DNA of 62,731 nucleotides, counting the filler, from an uncultured bacterium (GTDB taxonomy: Bacteria > DYJV01), in assembly GCA_964543655.1 (NCBI GenBank). It is 4 parts of 4 records of this genome, joined end to end, with 100 filler letters (N's around TTAATTAATTAA, not from the genome) between each part and the next. Parts side by side here need not be neighbours in the genome. Positions count along the whole stretch, not along the records: positions 58,215 to 62,731 come from CAZIZE010000088.1; 3 more parts are not named here. One strand, written 5' to 3'. Numbering within the stretch: the first letter of the stretch is position 1; each line of letters opens with the position of its first letter. Below are positions 60,954-62,731 of the stretch, piece by piece. A program made the position numbers and the translations under genes. A model generated the notes under the pieces. It was not told where the DNA came from. It saw only the letters and a program-made list of their open reading frames with translations, and searched no databases.

Positions 60954-62057
60954 ATGAAAATAGCATTTCTCAGCCATTTTGATTTAAATCTATATCTTTT
61001 TAGACTTCCTATTATGAAATCGCTTATCTCAGATGGCCATAAAGTATATGCTATTGTTCCATCTGGAACTTATACAGAGCAAATAAAATCACATGGGATT
61101 ATGCATATAGATTACCAGATTCACAGACAAAGCCTTAACCCTTTTAACGAAATAAAAACCATTAAAAATATTAAAAATGCAGTTAAAAAAATTTCACCTG
61201 ACATATTACACACTTTTATGCACAAGCCCAATATTTATGGTAATTTTTCTGGAGCTAAAAATATTATTAACACAGTTACTGGGTTGGGTAGCTTTTTTAT
61301 ACAAAATGATTTAAAGTCAAAATTAGTTAGAACAATAATTGAGCATCTTTACAAATATTCAGCTAAAAATGCTAAAAGGGTAATTTTTCAAAATTATGAT
61401 GATTTAAATTATTTTGTTTCAAAAAAAATAATTTCAGAGCAAAAAGCAGTTCTTATAAAATCAAGTGGGGTTGATACAGAGTTTTTTCACCCTTTATCTA
61501 AGAATTTACAATTGATAAAAGGATTAAAATTGGATACAAAGCCAGTTGTTTTGATGATAGCAAGAATCCTCAGAGATAAAGGAGTAGAAGAATTTATAAA
61601 AGCAGCAGAAATTTTAAAAGATAAAGCTAATTTTATCTATGTTGGAGATATTGACAAAGGCAACAAAAATGCATTTATGCCAGATTTTAAAAATGTTAGG
61701 TTTTTAGGCTTTAGAGATGATATAAAAGAGATAATATCCATTTCTGATATTGTTGTACTACCAAGCTATAGAGAAGGTACTCCAAGGACATTACTTGAAG
61801 CTGGTGCAATGGCAAAACCACTTGTTACTACAGATGCTCCAGGTTGCCGAGAAGTGGTTGTTGATGGTTATAATGGTTTTTTAGTTCCAGTAAAAGATTG
61901 TAAAACACTTGCGGAAAAAATAAAAATTTTAATAGAAAATGAAAATTTAAGAAAAAAGTTTGGTAATAATAGCAGAGAGTTGATAAAGAAGGAATTTGAT
62001 ATTAAAATTGTAGTACAGAAATATTTGGAACTATATAATGATATTATTAAACCCTAA
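60954..62057 (+). CDS. GT4 glycosyltransferase (PglA/CapM-like)
   Basis: LYLFRLP, HTFMHKPNIYG, GLGS, LPSYREGTPRTLLEA, DAPGCRE. Confidence 0.9.
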   Translation: MKIAFLSHFDLNLYLFRLPIMKSLISDGHKVYAIVPSGTYTEQIKSHGIMHIDYQIHRQSLNPFNEIKTIKNIKNAVKKISPDILHTFMHKPNIYGNFSGAKNIINTVTGLGSFFIQNDLKSKLVRTIIEHLYKYSAKNAKRVIFQNYDDLNYFVSKKIISEQKAVLIKSSGVDTEFFHPLSKNLQLIKGLKLDTKPVVLMIARILRDKGVEEFIKAAEILKDKANFIYVGDIDKGNKNAFMPDFKNVRFLGFRDDIKEIISISDIVVLPSYREGTPRTLLEAGAMAKPLVTTDAPGCREVVVDGYNGFLVPVKDCKTLAEKIKILIENENLRKKFGNNSRELIKKEFDIKIVVQKYLELYNDIIKP

Positions 62058-62640
62058 CAATAAAAGTTATATAGAGCAGGTAGCTGGGCTACATTCGGCT
62101 TTTTTAAAAACAGGTTTCCTTAGCAAGCTTGGAAAAAATTTTTTAATTAACCTATATGAAGCTATTGCTCGATCTGAAAATAGTTTTCTAATAGTTTTTG
62201 TTGAAAAGGAAAAAGTTATAGGTTTCATATCAGGAACAGAAAATTTAAATTTATTTTACAAATATTTTTTTAAAACCTATTTTTTTAATATAATTGTTTC
62301 ACTTTTACCAGTAATTTTTTCATTTAATAAGTTAAAGAAGGTTATAGAGATTATCTGTTATATTAAAGGGAAAGATAGGGAAGATGTTAAATTACCTGAT
62401 GCAGAATTGTTGAGTATTGTTGTTGAGCAAAATAGTAGAGGTAAAAATATAGGAGAAAAACTTTTTATAACATTATTAGAAGAATTTAAAAAGAGAAATA
62501 TAAAAGAATTTAAAATAATTGTTGGTTCAGAACTTAAACATGCAAAGAAGTTTTACGAAAAATTAGGTGCAGAACAAATAGGGGAAATAGAATTACATAA
62601 AGGAGCAGATTCAATAATTTACATTTTTAAAGTAGAATGA
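62038..62640 (+). CDS. GNAT-family acetyltransferase
   Basis: AELLSIVV...RGKNIG...AKKFYEKLG. Confidence 0.8.
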   Translation: MILLNPNNKSYIEQVAGLHSAFLKTGFLSKLGKNFLINLYEAIARSENSFLIVFVEKEKVIGFISGTENLNLFYKYFFKTYFFNIIVSLLPVIFSFNKLKKVIEIICYIKGKDREDVKLPDAELLSIVVEQNSRGKNIGEKLFITLLEEFKKRNIKEFKIIVGSELKHAKKFYEKLGAEQIGEIELHKGADSIIYIFKVE

Positions 62641-62731
62641 CAAAAAGTGATAAAATATTAAAAAGATGTTTTGATATAATTTTTTCATTAATAGGTCTTT
62701 TATTGACTTGGTGGATTATTTTAATTGCATG
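62637..62731 (+). CDS. Start of a polyprenol-phosphate sugar transferase (PglC-like), partial
   Basis: MTKSDKILKRCFDIIFSLIGLLLTWWIILIA (KRxFD followed by a hydrophobic helix). Confidence 0.75.
   Translation, partial: MTKSDKILKRCFDIIFSLIGLLLTWWIILIA

Noticed and set aside
1-62731. CRISPR arrays, rRNA, transposases, phage genes, selenoproteins
   Set aside because: No regularly spaced repeats, rRNA-like stretch, matching ORFs or convincing in-frame TGA found by eye

Overview
AT-rich chromosomal scaffold of a diderm, probably anaerobic bacterium (gene content resembles Desulfobacterota/Deferribacterota-type organisms; this is inference only). It is four contigs joined by artificial 100-bp N/TTAATTAATTAA linkers at 26262, 43508 and 58115, so adjacency across gaps is unproven. 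In order: a PglB/STT3 oligosaccharyltransferase; a cobalamin-riboswitch operon (exported CbiK, LbtU-like porin, CbiL); a large Cache-HAMP-MCP-CZB chemoreceptor; an OmpR-type two-component system; a sigma54 operon for exported Gly/Arg-rich proteins; a TauE-FmdE-ArsR-TolC/RND cluster; a Pat-type acetyltransferase; TrpB2; tRNA-Arg(CCT) and tRNA-Leu(CAA); a GntR-linked 2-hydroxy-acid cluster (TRAP, GlcD-like, LarA); housekeeping genes (nadD, rsfS, rlmH, DinG, XerC-like, rlpA, cobT, tcdA); a second sigma54 envelope locus with its NtrC-type regulator and kinase; and a glycan locus containing a PIN toxin-antitoxin pair. The best candidate for an undescribed system is a two-locus sigma54 regulon. Both loci share an enhancer architecture (CGACAAAWTTGTCG palindrome plus a partial site 21 bp away), and they encode exported proteins with a shared LRDGSC tail; one paralogue is hidden by a frameshift. 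Other notable items are a 121-bp MITE-like repeat family, an unusual attenuator-like leader on trpB2, and a start-less ORF in frame after the MCP amber stop.
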